Assembly: GCA_963849325.1 (NCBI GenBank)
Contig: CAWKHF010000010.1
Location: 160,001-224,000, forward strand
Origin: an uncultured Planctomycetota bacterium
Lineage (GTDB): Bacteria; Planctomycetota; Planctomycetia; Gemmatales; Gemmataceae
Direction of reading: 5' to 3'
DNA: 64,000 bases
The notes under the pieces are model-generated. The model did no database searches, was not told the origin of the DNA, and was given only the letters and a program-made list of their open reading frames with translations. A program made the translations under genes and the position numbers. Shown here piece after piece: positions 31,642-46,100 of this stretch (position 1 is its first letter; the number at the start of each line of letters is the position of its first letter).

Positions 31642-32903
31642 ATGAAAGGGCTGCATTGGGGTTGGTATCTGCTGATCGGTTTGGTGGCGCTGGCGCCGGC
31701 GGGGGTGCGCGTCCTGACCTGGCCGGGGTTCCACCGTGCGGCGGTCAATCCGGCGATGGCGCAGGCGGGGCAAACGCTCTTCCTGCACGAGTGGAAGCCG
31801 AACGATCCGTTGTCGGCCGGCGGCGACGGACTCGGGCCGGTCTACAATGCGACCTCGTGCGTCGCCTGCCATCACCAGGTTCGACCCGGCGGCGGCGGCG
31901 GACTCGAACACAACGTCACCACCTTCGTCATCCGCGACGCCCAGAAGGCGCGAAGGCGTCGTCCACTCGCAGGCCGTCAAGTTCCCCGAGACCTTGAATC
32001 AGGTCGATCCGCAGTTGCCGGCCATCTCCCAGCCGACGCTGGCCATGTTATTGCCGCAGTCCGGCAGCGACAGGAGCCGCATCCACTGTCCCTCGCGCGT
32101 CAGCCTGTCGCAGCGCAACACGCCCGCCCTGTTCGGCGCCGACCTGATCGACGCCATCCCCGACCGCGTCCTCATCGCCAACGAGCGGAAAGAGCGGTTG
32201 AAGTGGGGGCTGGCCTCGTCCAAGAGCGAAGACCTGCCGGTCGGCCGCGCCGTGCGCCTGGCCGATGGCCGCGTCGGCCATTTCGGCTGGAAGGCACAGA
32301 GCGCCAGTCTGTCGTCTTTCGTACAGGCTGCGTGCGCCAACGAACTGGGACTCGGCAACCCCGGTCAGGCCCAACCTCGGCCGCTCGGCCGGCCCGACTA
32401 TCAGGCGGTCGCCCTCGACCTGACCGCCGAGCAGTGCGATCAGATCACGTCCTTCGTCGCCTCGCTGCCGCGGCCGATCGAACGCCTGCCCGACGACAGC
32501 TCCGCCCTCGAGCGCGCGTCGGCCGGCAAACGGCTGTTCGAGCGTGTCGGCTGCGCCGACTGCCATACGCCGAACGTCGGCAAGGTCGAGGGGTTGTACA
32601 GCGACCTGCTCCTGCACGACATGGGCCAGCCGTTGGAGGGCGGCGGCTCGTACAACGATCCGCCGCCGTCGAACCCGGACGGCACGCCCAAGGACGGTCC
32701 CAGTCCCGGCGAATGGCGAACGCCGCCGTTGTGGGGCGTGGCCGACTCCGCTCCTTACCTGCACGACGGCCGGGCATCGACGCTGGAAGCAGCGATCGAA
32801 CTGCACGGCGGCCAGGGCGAACGGTCGGCGCGCAGTTTCGCCGCCCTCAGCGTCGCCGAGAAGCGCAGCTCATCGAGTTCCTCAAGACGCTGCGGCGCCG
32901 TGA
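31642..32903 (+). CDS. Di-haem oxidoreductase-like (DHOR/DUF1111) c-type cytochrome (frameshifted)
   Basis: GLGPVYNATSCVACH, RNTPALFG, GHFGWKA, GCADCH, YSDLLLHDMG, WRTPPLWG, YLHDGRA. Confidence 0.85.
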
Positions 32904-32908
32904 AAGGT

Positions 32909-32973
32909 CGTTTAGCCGCGATGCGCAGCGGAGCGCGGGAGTCTCCGCGCTCGCTGCGCGTCGCGGCTAAACG
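32909..32973. repeat. REPIN-like palindrome, family A copy 2
   Basis: CGTTTAGCCGCGATGCGCAGCGGAGCGCGG...GCGCGTCGCGGCTAAACG. Confidence 0.9.
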
Positions 32974-32985
32974 GAGACCTCGGCC

Positions 32986-34101
32986 ATGTCCATTAAATTC
33001 TATTGCAGTTGCGGCAAGCACCTGCGTGCCCGCGACGAGATGGCGGCGCGCCGCTCGGTCTGTCCGCGCTGCGGCGCGCCGGTGGGCATCCCTTCGCTTC
33101 GGCCGACCCATGCGGGCACCGACGCGGCGCCGCTGACGCCGCAGGAGCGGCAGCGCATCCGCCGCGACAAGCCGCCCGACGAGACCACCACCATCCCACC
33201 GTGGGATCCGTTCATCGCACCCACTTCTCCCTCCGTCGTCACCACCACGGTCCCTCCGTGGAACCCGTTCGCCGCTTTTTCCGCCCCTTCCAGAAAGCCA
33301 CGACCGCGCCGGCTGCCTCGCCCCAGGCAGCTGGAGACGCACTGGCAACAGTGCCTGCTGTACCCCTGGCTCTGCCGCCGACTTCTGGCGGTCTTCACCC
33401 TGGCGCTCACTCTCCTCAGTGGCATCGCCGCCCTGTTGCTGCCGCAAATGCCGGGTTGGCCCGAACTGTCCGGACAGACCCTCTACCTGTCCTTGCCCTT
33501 CCTCCTGCTGGCCCTGCTGGTTCTGCCTTACGTGTGCGGGACATTGGAATGTGCGCTCACGTCCGCGCTGGCCGGGAAGGGGCCGGGCGTGTACTGGCCG
33601 GGCTGGCGCCTCGAAGCCGCCCTGGCAACTTGTCTGCGCTGGCTGGTCTGCTTCCTGGCCGGGCCGGTCGTGCCGGCCGCGATCGCCTGCTATTACTGGA
33701 TCTACGGCGGCGACCTGACGGGACTGGACTGGCTGATCGTGGCCGAACTGGTCGTGCTGTCCATCGCATACTGGTTCCTGGCGGTGGTCAAGACGAACGA
33801 AAGCAATCGATTCCTCGATGCCAACCCGGTGCGCATTGCTCGGTTGGTACATCGACTGCGCTACCGCGCCGCCGTCCCGGTCCTCCTCGCTCCCGCCCTG
33901 GTATTCGCTCAGGTTTCCGTCGCCTGGACCGCCCTGGGAGAACTGCACGAGCACCCCTTCTTCGGCTGGCTGCTGCTCGCGTTCGGCTGGGGCAGCGGCC
34001 TGCTCGGGGCGGTGTTTCTCTTCCGTCTGCTGGGTGTGTGGTGTTACCGCAGTCCCAAGGAGCGGGCGGAGACGGCGGACGCACCGGCCTTGTCGGCTTA
34101 G
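32986..34101 (+). CDS. Membrane protein with N-terminal zinc ribbon
   Basis: FYCSCGKHL...CPRCG; Pro-rich linker; about 6 hydrophobic segments. Confidence 0.7.
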   Translation: MSIKFYCSCGKHLRARDEMAARRSVCPRCGAPVGIPSLRPTHAGTDAAPLTPQERQRIRRDKPPDETTTIPPWDPFIAPTSPSVVTTTVPPWNPFAAFSAPSRKPRPRRLPRPRQLETHWQQCLLYPWLCRRLLAVFTLALTLLSGIAALLLPQMPGWPELSGQTLYLSLPFLLLALLVLPYVCGTLECALTSALAGKGPGVYWPGWRLEAALATCLRWLVCFLAGPVVPAAIACYYWIYGGDLTGLDWLIVAELVVLSIAYWFLAVVKTNESNRFLDANPVRIARLVHRLRYRAAVPVLLAPALVFAQVSVAWTALGELHEHPFFGWLLLAFGWGSGLLGAVFLFRLLGVWCYRSPKERAETADAPALSA

Positions 34102-34730
34102 GGTCCGTTGATGGGCTTGGGCTGCGGGATGTCGTTGTAATTGCAGTGGGCCAGGCGCTGGAGGATGACCTGCTCCAGCTTGTAATCGCGGCCGATGGGG
34201 ATCCACATCGGGTCATAGGTGGGCGTCTCGATCACTTCAAACTGGCGCTCGACCGTGGGATTGATGCGGAAGAAGGCCGCCCCGGCCGTCTGCCGCGTCG
34301 GCGTCGGCAAGTCCTCCAGTTCCTTGAGCACTTTGACGTCGATGTAATACCCGCCGTCGTCGGCCGTCGTGATGAGGACGATGCAGCGATGGCGGATGGT
34401 CTGGAAGTTGGCCAGCAAGCGCTGATAGAAGTCGGGACTGCCGGGCTTCCACGGCTGCTCGATGCCGGGAGCGACGGCCGGGTGCGTCTCGATGCGGCCA
34501 TCGTAGCGATTGCTGTAAGCGATCTCCCAGAAATCATCGATGGTGTCCAGCACCTTCTCGAAGACCTTGCCGTAGGCCCCCGGACCCTGGGGGATGTAAA
34601 GCGGGTTCTCCTGGGCGATGAGGCGGTCGGGACGGATGAAGGCAGGGTTCTCCTGAAGCGGCCCGGTCGAGCAGCCGGCGAGGCAGACGGCCGCCGTCGC
34701 GATCCATGCCGTCCCCAGAGTTCGCCCCAT
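34098..34730 (-). CDS. Hypothetical lipoprotein
   Basis: Lipobox LAGC; upstream minus-strand TTGACA-N17-CATAAC at 34898-34870. Confidence 0.7.
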   Translation of the reverse strand: MGRTLGTAWIATAAVCLAGCSTGPLQENPAFIRPDRLIAQENPLYIPQGPGAYGKVFEKVLDTIDDFWEIAYSNRYDGRIETHPAVAPGIEQPWKPGSPDFYQRLLANFQTIRHRCIVLITTADDGGYYIDVKVLKELEDLPTPTRQTAGAAFFRINPTVERQFEVIETPTYDPMWIPIGRDYKLEQVILQRLAHCNYNDIPQPKPINGP

Positions 34731-35003
34731 ACCGCCCCCTCACCGCAAGGCGCGTCCGCCGCGCCGTTCCGTGCGCAGCACGAACGGCCGGGCGTCACGC
34801 TCCGCCCGTCTCCGCGCACGGTCTGCTCGAATGCCTCCCCGGCAATGGACGTTCAGACTAAGGGGCGGCGTTATGCCAAAGGGACCGAAGTCTGTCAAGA
34901 GAGGAACGTGGGACGAGAAAACAGGTGCCGCGCCGCCCCTCCGTCGCTATTGTCTCACCATACGAACCCGCACCCCGAAGCGACTTCCGAGGGAGACAAG
35001 CAC

Positions 35004-36199
35004 ATGGGCACCAACGCACCACTCAACCGCAAACTTCGCATGGGCCTGGTCGGCGGCGGCCAGGGCGCCTTCATCGGCAAGCGTCCACAGCATCGCCGCC
35101 GTCCTGGACAACCGCGCCGCCCTCGTCGCCGGCGCCCTCTCCTCCGACCCGGCGAAGGCCAAGGCTTCCGCGCCCGATTACGACATCCCCGCGAATCGCG
35201 CCTACGGCTCCTACAAGGAGATGGTCGCCGCCGAGTCGAAGCTGCCGGCCGAGCAGCGCATCGACTTCGTCTCCGTGGCCACGCCCAACCATACGCATTT
35301 CGAGATCGCCAAGGCGTTCGCCGAGGCCGGCTTCAACGTCATGTGCGACAAGCCGATGACCTTCGACCTCGCCCAGGCCGAGGAGTTGGCGAAAGTCGTG
35401 CAGAAGACCGGCGTCGTCTTCGCCGTCACGCACAATTACACCGGCTATCCGCTGGTCCGCCAGGCCCGCGAGATGGTCCAGGCTGGCGAGCTGGGCGAGA
35501 TCAACGCCGTCCGCGCTTGCTACATCCAGGGCTGGCTGCGCACGCGCCTGGAGGCGTCGGGACAGAAGCAGGCCGGCTGGCGCACCGATCCCGAAAAGTC
35601 CGGCGCGGCCGGCTGCTTCGGCGACATCGGCACGCACGCCTACAACCTCGGCCGCTTCATCACCGGCCTGTTGCCCGAACAGATTTCCTGTCAGCTCAAG
35701 ACGTTCGAGCCGGGCCGCTCCCTCGATGACTACGGCACGGCCGTCCTCCGCTACGGCAACGGCGCCCTGGGCACCGTCACCGCCTCGCAGATCTCGCACG
35801 GCCGCGAGAACGACCTGTGGATCGAGATCGACGGCACCAAGGGATCACTGGAATGGCACCAGGAAGAGCCGAACAAGATGCTCCTGCGCATCAACGGCAA
35901 GCCGCACCAGATCTACACTCGCGCCGGCGGCCCGTACCTGTGCGAGCTGGCCGGACGCTCGGCCCGCATTCCGAGCGGCCACCCCGAGGCGATTCCTCGA
36001 AGCGTTCGCCAACGTCTACACGGCTGCGTATCAAGACATGATCGCCCGCGCCGCGGGGCAGAAGTTCGACTCTGCCCGCAGCCTGTACCCCAACGTCGCC
36101 GACGGCGTGGACGGCATGAACTTCATCACGCAGTGCGTCGCCAGCTCCGCCGAGAATGGGGCGTGGAAGTCCCTGAAACATCCGCTGTGTCGGGCGTGA
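35004..36199 (+). CDS. Gfo/Idh/MocA oxidoreductase (frameshifted)
   Basis: [37 protein letters not shown]. Confidence 0.9.
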
Positions 36200-36207
36200 A
36201 GTTTTTC

Positions 36208-36261
36208 TCCGAGCCTGAAGCGTTAGCGAAGGTTGCTCTTCGCTAACGCTTCAGGCTCGGA
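36208..36261. repeat. Perfect REP-like palindrome, family B
   Basis: 24-bp arms TCCGAGCCTGAAGCGTTAGCGAAG, 6-nt loop. Confidence 0.85.
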
Positions 36262-36283
36262 CAGGATGGCGCAAGGCGGGGCA

Positions 36284-36312
36284 TTGAAGAAACTTTCACG
36301 GCGGGTTAGAAT
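36284..36312 (+). promoter_or_regulatory. Sigma70-like promoter of the hpf-pts cluster
   Basis: TTGAAG-N17-TAGAAT. Confidence 0.55.
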
Positions 36313-36388
36313 TGCGTTGATTCCCGAGTGCCCAACTGTCGGCGGGTCGGGTCCGACCGCCGGCGGCGACGAGAGAAGGAGCGAGTCT

Positions 36389-36743
36389 GTGCAAATCAAA
36401 ATCTCCGTGCGGCATGGACATCTCAACGACGCCACCCAGCAGTTCATCCGCGACAAGGCCGAGAAACTCCTGCACTTCTTCGAGCGCCTCACCATGATCG
36501 AGGTGACGGTGGACTTGCAGAAGGACCAAAAATGGGTCGAGTTCCTCGTCCAGGCCGAGCACAAGCACGACTTCGTCGCCCGGGAGAGCATCCCGATCTG
36601 CTGGCGGCGGTCGATCTGGCCCTGGACAAGCTGTCAGCTGCAGCTGCGCCGCTACAAGGAGAAAATCCAGGACCATCGCCGGACGCCCTCGACCGGCGAG
36701 GTGGCCGGCGCGCCCGACGGTCGAAGAACCCAGCGAAGAGTGA
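36389..36743 (+). CDS. hpf: Ribosome hibernation factor (HPF/RaiA; frameshifted)
   Basis: QIKISVRHGHL...KAEKLLHFF...AVDLALDKL..QLRRYKEKIQDH. Confidence 0.8.
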
Positions 36744-36756
36744 CGGAGGAGCTGGC

Positions 36757-37220
36757 ATGCGAATGTCCGACTTCGTGGTGCGCGACGCCATCATCCCGGA
36801 ACTGCCCGCCACCAACAAGGAAGGCGTCATCCGCGAGATGGTCGAGAGCCTGCGGGCCGGCCGGCCAATTTCGCGGCGCCGACCTGGAAGACATCATCCG
36901 GGCCATCCTCAAACGCGAGTTGCTCGGCTCGACCGGCATCGGCCGCGGCGTCGCCATCCCGCACACCAAGCACAACAGCGTCGAGCGCCTCATCGGCACC
37001 GTCGCCCTGTCGCAACAAGGGCATCGCCTTCGACAGCCTCGACGGCGAGCCGGTCCACGTGTTCGTCCTGCTCATCTCGCCGCAGGACCGGCCCGGCGAC
37101 CACCTGCGCGCCCTGGAGAACGTCTCCCGTTCCCTGCGCGACGACAGTTTCGTCCGATCTCTGCGGGCCGCCACGACGCGGGAAGAAATCACCGCCCTGC
37201 TCGACAGGGCCGACCATTAA
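36757..37220 (+). CDS. ptsN: PTS IIA (Ntr/fructose type; frameshifted)
   Basis: KRELLGSTGIGRGVAIPH, FDSLDGEPV, HLRAL. Confidence 0.85.
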
Positions 37221-37223
37221 AAA

Positions 37224-37289
37224 AGGGAATAGGGAATAGCGGAATAGGGAATAGGGGCAAGAGAAGAAGGAACCTATTCCCTATTCCCT
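37224..37289. repeat. Inverted heptamer hairpin (AGGGAAT)n/(ATTCCCT)n
   Basis: AGGGAATAGGGAATAGCGGAATAGGGAATAGGG...CCTATTCCCTATTCCCT. Confidence 0.8.
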
Positions 37290-37308
37290 CGTTTTCCGAC
37301 GGGATGCC

Positions 37309-37606
37309 ATGAACGGGGCCCCCTGCAACAAAAGGTGGTCATCAGCAACCCGCAAGGGTTTCACATGCGCCCCATGGCCGCCTTCGCGCAATTGGCGGCC
37401 CGCTTCGAGAGCAGCGTCAAGGTCAGCCGGGAAGGACAGAGCGTCAACGGCAAGAGCATCCTCGATCTCATGATGCTGGCCGCCGCCCAGGGGACGGAAC
37501 TGACTTTGGAGGTCGCTGGGCCGGACGCCGCGGGCCGCCCTGGACGCCCTGGTGGCCCTGCTGAAGACGCCGACGGAGGAGGATTCGCCCGGACCGTTCC
37601 ATTTAG
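37309..37606 (+). CDS. ptsH: Phosphocarrier HPr (frameshifted, end approximate)
   Basis: NPQGFHMRP, VNGKSILDLMML. Confidence 0.85.
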
Positions 37607-37657
37607 CGATCAGCAAACGACAAGAGGAACGCCGATCGCCGACCGCTTCCTTGGGAC

Positions 37658-39408
37658 ATGGAAATCAAACGCGGCATCGCCGTCTCTCCCGGCGTGGCCA
37701 TCGGCCCAGCCCTGGTGCTGGACACCGAATGGTTCCGCATCCCGCAGCGGCTTGTTCCCGCCGATCAGGTCGAGGCGGAATGCACGCGGCTGCAACAGGC
37801 CCTGGCCGCAGGCCGCCCGCGAGACGCGCGTCAACCAGGAAGCCGTCACCGCCAAGCTCGGGCCGCAGTACGGCGCCATCTTCGGCGCCCACGCCCTCAT
37901 GCTCACCGATCCGACCCTGGGACGCGAGATCGAGACGCTCGTCCGCGACCGATCACTTCGCCGCCGAGTACGCCGTCAGCCGCGTCATGCGCCGCTACGC
38001 CAAGGCGCTGGAGAGCATCGAGGGCGGCTACCTCGCCGACCGCGTCGCCGACCTGTTCGACATCGAGAAGCGCATTCTCCGCCATCTGCTGGGCCAGCGC
38101 CGCGAACAGCTGCGCGACCTCCGCGAGCCGGTCGTCGTGCTGGCCCACGACCTGACGCCCAGCGAGACGGCCACGCTCGACCCGCACCGCGTCCACGCCT
38201 TCGCCACCGAAGCCGGCGGCCGAGCCAGCCATACCGCCATCGTGGCCGGCGTCCTGGACATCCCCGCCGTCGTCGGCCTGGGCCCGTTCATCACCGACGT
38301 TTCCGGCGGCGACATCGTCATCGTGGACGGCCATCGACGGCTTACTCATCATCGATCCCGACGAGGAGACGCTGGCAGCGCTACGAGCAGGCCCGCACCA
38401 GTTTCCGCAGCCACGAGAACCAGCTCGACGGAGCTGCGCCATCTGCCGGCCGAGACGCGCGACGGCGTTCGCGTCGCCCTGCTGGGCAACATCGAGTTCC
38501 CCCAGGAGAGCGGACCCTGCCTCGACCGCGGCGCCGAGGGCGTCGGCCTGTATCGCACCGAGTTCCTCTACCTGGGCAAGCAGACCGACCCGACGGAGGC
38601 GGAGCACCTGGAAGCGTATCTGACCGTCCTGCGCACGATGGGGCCTCAACGGCCGGTGGTCATCCGCACTCTCGACCTGGGGGCGGACAAGTTCTTGCCG
38701 CGCGCCGAACGCGCCGCGCAGGAGCGCAATCCGTTCCTGGGTTTGCGGAGCGTTCGGCTGTGTTTGCGGAATTTGACCTTGTTCAAAACGCAGATGCGTG
38801 CCATTCTGAGGGCCAGTGCATTCGGCGACGTGCGCATCATGTTCCCCATGATTAGCACGCTGTTGGAACTGCGCCAGTGCAAGATGATTCTGGCCGAGGT
38901 CAAAGAAGACCTGGAAGAAGAAGGCATCGCCTTCAACCCCCGGCTGCCGGTCGGCACCATGATCGAAGTGCCCTCGGCCGCCATCCTGGCCGAGCAGATG
39001 GCCCGCGAGGTGGATTTCTTTTCCGTCGGCACCAACGACTTGATCCAGTACACCCTGGCGGCCGACCGCAACAATGAGACCGTGGCCGCGCTGTACAGCC
39101 CCGGCGATCCGGCCGTGCTGCGCTTGATCGAAGGCGTGGTGCGGGCCGCCGCCAAGTACAACATCGCCGTCAACGTCTGCGGCGAGATGAGCGGCGAGCC
39201 TTTGTATACGATGTTGCTTCTGGGCCTGGGGCTACGTCAGTTGAGCGTGACGCCGCACAACATCCCGGAGATCAAACGTGTCCTCCGCGCCGTGACGGCC
39301 GAAGAGGCCGGCGCGGTCGCCCAAGAAGCCATGCGTCTGGAAACAGCGCGTGATGTAAACAATTACTTGCGGGAACAGACCCGACGGATCGTCCCCAATG
39401 GGGTTTGA
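37658..39408 (+). CDS. ptsI: PEP-protein phosphotransferase, enzyme I (frameshifted)
   Basis: [58 protein letters not shown]. Confidence 0.9.
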
Positions 39409-39420
39409 CGAAATCAACCG

Positions 39421-39484
39421 GGTGAGCGGGGTTGCGTCAGCGCCTCGAAGTGAATTCTCGGAGCGCTTACGCAACTCGCTCGCC
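39421..39484. repeat. Imperfect REP-like palindrome, family C
   Basis: GGTGAGCGGGGTTGCGTCAGCGC...GCGCTTACGCAACTCGCTCGCC. Confidence 0.65.
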
Positions 39485-39547
39485 GATGCTGTGCATCCCC
39501 CGCGCTGGGAGTCCGAATCCCGCCTGTTCCCCGGATGGGAATGAATC

Positions 39548-40280
39548 GTGTCTGGGGCGCCTGAGACCAGTCCCGCCGTCCCGCCATCGGCAGGCCGGCC
39601 GGAACCGAAACACCCCGCCGACAAGGTGCGCATCCGCTTTCGCAAGGACGGCGCCTTGCGCCTGCTGAGTCACCACGATCTGATGCGCACCTTCGAGCGT
39701 CTGCTGCGCCGAAGCGAGCTGCCATTCCACCGCTCGCAGGGCTTCCATCCCAAACCGCGCTTGATCTTCGCGCTGTCGCTGCCGCTGGGCGTCGTCGGCC
39801 GCGAAGAGGTCGTGGAGTTGGAACTCGCTCGGGAGCTGCCTCCGGAAGAGGTCCATGCTCGCCTGGCCCGCCAGACGCCGCCCGGTCTGGAAATCCTCTC
39901 GGTTCGACGCATCCCGCCGAAGACCAACGCCCAGGTGTGTCGCCTCGCCTACGCGCTGCGCATACCGGCGGAACGATTGCCGGACCTGACGGCTCGAATC
40001 GCCGACGTGTTGGCCGCCCGCGAATGTTGGGTCGAGCGTCATCGCCCCCATTCGCGCCAGGCCGGGCGACGGCTCGATGTACGTCCCTTTCTTGTGGATC
40101 TGCGGATCGATTCTCACCTCTCTCCCTTCGCGCTGGAGATGTTTTTACGTTTGACTCCTGCCGGGACGGCTCGGCCTGAAGAAGTGCTGGGCCTCCTGGG
40201 ACTTGAAGACCTGCTCGACGCCGGTGCCGTGCTCGAACGCAGCCGGCTCGAGATTTCCGATGAACTGGAAAAGGGATCGC

Positions 40281-40303
<23 letters not shown>
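39548..40303 (+). CDS. Radical-SAM-associated protein (DUF2344/TIGR03936-like)
   Basis: RIRFRKDG.LRLLSHHDLMRTFER, SQGFHPKPRL, LPLG; directly upstream of rne. Confidence 0.8.
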
Positions 40304-42901
<2,598 letters not shown>

Positions 42902-42907
42902 GGAATA

Positions 42908-42972
42908 GTTTAGCCGCGATGCGCAGCGGAGCGCGGGACTCTGCCGCGCTCCGCTGCGCGTCGCGGCTAAAC
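42908..42972. repeat. REPIN-like palindrome, family A copy 3
   Basis: GTTTAGCCGCGATGCGCAGCGGAGCGCGG...CCGCGCTCCGCTGCGCGTCGCGGCTAAAC. Confidence 0.9.
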
Positions 42973-43011
42973 GGGATCTCTTGTACTCTCTCGGCAAAAT
43001 CACTCTTGGAC

Positions 43012-43040
43012 TTGACACTTCTCCCCGCACTTTCTATACT
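43012..43040 (+). promoter_or_regulatory. Near-consensus sigma70 promoter
   Basis: TTGACA-N17-TATACT. Confidence 0.7.
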
Positions 43041-43153
43041 TCGCCGCTCGCACGTGAAGCCTTGTCGATGGCCGCGGCTCAGGTTGTGTTCGTGATCCCT
43101 CGCCCGGCGAACGAACACAGCGGCGGACAGGCAGCGACCCCTCAGGAGGCGCG

Positions 43154-46100
43154 GTGGTGAGGTATTCGTTCCGTTGGCTGGCAGGTCCGCTGACGCTGAT
43201 GGCTGTGGCCGGCGGCGTCGCCCTGCATGCGCTGTTCGCCCAGGACGCGCCTGGCCACGCCTCCCGCCAACGCCGCCGTCCCGAACCCGACACGCCACTG
43301 GTGGGACCGACTCGCACCGGCCCCGGCGTCCGGCACACAGCAAGTCGCCGCCATCGTCCCGGCCTCGGCCGCCGAAGCCGACAAGAACGTCTTCCGCCTC
43401 CACCGCGATCAGCCCGGCGACTCCAAACCGATCATCCTCGACGCCGACGAAATTGCCTCGTGGACGGAAAAGAACGGTTCGACGGAGTATTGCGTGTTCC
43501 TGATGCACGGCCTGGTCCTCGTGCAGCAATCGACCGTGCAGGCACGCTTTCCGCACGGCGTCGCCTGGGTGGACGTGAGCCGTTACCGGGTCACGGGCAA
43601 ACTGCGGATGGAATTGTACGCCGAGGGCGACGTGCGCATCGACGACGGCTCGGGGATCGAGGACGGCGCGACGCCGCGCGTTTATCCGCGGGCCATCCTC
43701 GACATAACGACGCGCGGCGAATTTCGGCTGCACGCCCACCGCGCTCCCCTGGCCAAGCAAACGCGGGCCGACGATCCGGTCGTCCTTCGCGGCCGGGCGG
43801 AGGGGCTGGGACCGCCCTCTCTGCGGGCGCCGAAGGCGGCCCCGCAAGCGGCCGCGCCGACGTTGCAACGCACTTCCCACGAGGAACGTCGGCTCATCCT
43901 GCCGCCCTTTGTGGGAGCGGCGCCGAAGCCGCCGGCAACGCCGCCGCCGGCACCGAAACTTCAGCCGGTCCCTCCCGCAGCTCAACCGAGTCCGCCGGCC
44001 GGCGGCGGGCCGACGTTCCTGCCGGGGGCCTCGCCGCGGAGTTCGACGGGTCCACCCGGCCCCATCGAACGTACCTCCGGCTACGGACCTCCGGACGACC
44101 CCTTTCTGGGCATAACGCCGGGCATGAGCGGCCAGAGGCCCCCGACTTCGTCGGGGCCGCGCCGCCGACGGCGCCGTCGGGACCGGCGCCCGTCCTTCCC
44201 ACGGCGCAGCCGGGGGCCGGCCCGCAGCCACCCCAGCCGGAAAGCCCCGCCAACGGAGCGCCGCGCGCTCCGGACGGCTCCGTGCCGCCCTCCGGCCCGT
44301 CGCAAGTGCCGCCGGGCACGCCGCCGGTGCCGCCGCCGTCGAAACCGACGCCGCCTCCACCGAGCAAGCCCATCCTGCCGGCGCGAAATTTCATGGTCGC
44401 GCCACGCCAGGGCGGCTCGTTCAATCTCAAACGCGAGCCCGGTCCCAACGGCGAAGCCATCTTCATCATCACCGGCGGCGTCTTCCTGCAAGTGCGCAAC
44501 GCCCCCAACATCGGCATGATCGACATGGAGGCCGACCGCATCGTCATCTGGACCAAGGGATCCGAGGGCGATCAGCTCGCCGCCAACATCCAGCAACCCT
44601 CCGGGCACACCAGCAACGATCTGGAAGTGTACCTGTCCGGCCACGTCCTCGTCCGCCAGGCGCCGATCGTCAATCCCAAGAAAGAGCAGCGCACCATCTC
44701 CGCCAACGAGGTCTATTACGACGTCAACCGCAACGTCGCCGTCGCCCTCGACGCCCGGCTTGAACTCAAGCAGCCGCTCCTCAACGACCCCATCATCGCC
44801 ACCGCCCGCGAAATTCGGCAAACGTCCGTCAACACCTTCGAGATTTATCGCAGCCTGGTCTTTTCCAGCAAACTGCCGTCCGATCCCGGCTTCACCTCGT
44901 CCATGCGCGACGGCGTCATCGAGGACGTGACGGTGCCGATGAAGAACCTGTTCGGCAATCCGGTCCTGGATCGCAAGACCGGCCAGCCGGTGATGCTCCG
45001 CGAGACCCTGCTGACGGGTAATAACACCTTCTTCGAGCTGGAGCAGGTTCCGTTCTTCTGGCTGCCGCACGTCTCGACCACCTTGCAGGAGCCGCTCGGC
45101 CCGGTTCAGAACTTCAACTTCGGCTACAACCACATCTTCGGCGTCCAGCTGGGTGTGTCGTTGAATGCCTATGAATTGCTCGGCCTGCAACCGCAGCCGG
45201 GCACGCGCTGGCTGTTCAACCTGGATTATTTGAGCTATCGCGGCCCGGGCTTCGGCAGCAACTTCAATTACAGCGGCCTCGATGCCTTCGGCATCCCGTC
45301 GCGCTACGCCGGCATGACCCGCCTCTTTGGCATGTCCGACCGCAACTACGACAACCTGGGCGGAGCGCGGCCGGTGAACGATTTCAACCCGACCAACTTC
45401 CGCGGCTGGGCCCTCAATCGCAACAGCGTGGACGACATGCCCTATGGGTTTAGCTTTCTGTCGCAAATATCCGTCCTGAGCGATCGTAATTTTCTCGAAC
45501 AATACTACAAGCGCATCTTCGATCTCGACCCCAATCCCTCGGAGAACTTCGCCTTTCTGAACCAGCAGGTGAGCAACGTGGCGTGGTCGGCCCTGTTGCA
45601 ACCGCGGCTGCCCCGCTGGGTCACGACGACGCAAGACTTGCCGCGCCTGGACGGCTGGATCATCGGTCAAAACTTCCTTGATATCTTGACCTATACCAGC
45701 CATCTGAATGCGGAGTACGCCTCGCTGAAAACGTCAACCGATCCGCTGCCGCAGGTGAGTGTTACCGATAGCCCGGACAACACCTTCCGGGGTAGCTGGA
45801 TGCAGGAAGCGGAGCTGCCGTTCTACCTTGGCCCATTGAAGTTGTCGCCTTACGGCCGTAGCGAACTGACGTCCTACTCCAACGACCTGTACGGCAACAG
45901 TATCGGCCGCGCCTGGGGGGCCGTCGGCACCTGCGCCAGCATTCCGTTCACCCACTTGTATTCGGGCGTCCAGAGCGAATTGTGGAACGTCAACGGTCTC
46001 AATCACAAGATGGTCTTCAGCACCAACTACGTCTATGCCTACACCAACACGCCGTACACCGAATTGCCGCAGTTGGACCGCCTTAACGACGACGCCACCA

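Noticed and set aside
33003-35729. 908-aa ORF and other long antisense or alternate-frame ORFs (e.g. 2882-4597, 39414-41456, 56061-58349)
   Set aside because: Arg/Pro/Ala-rich shadow frames of high-GC genes with no motifs
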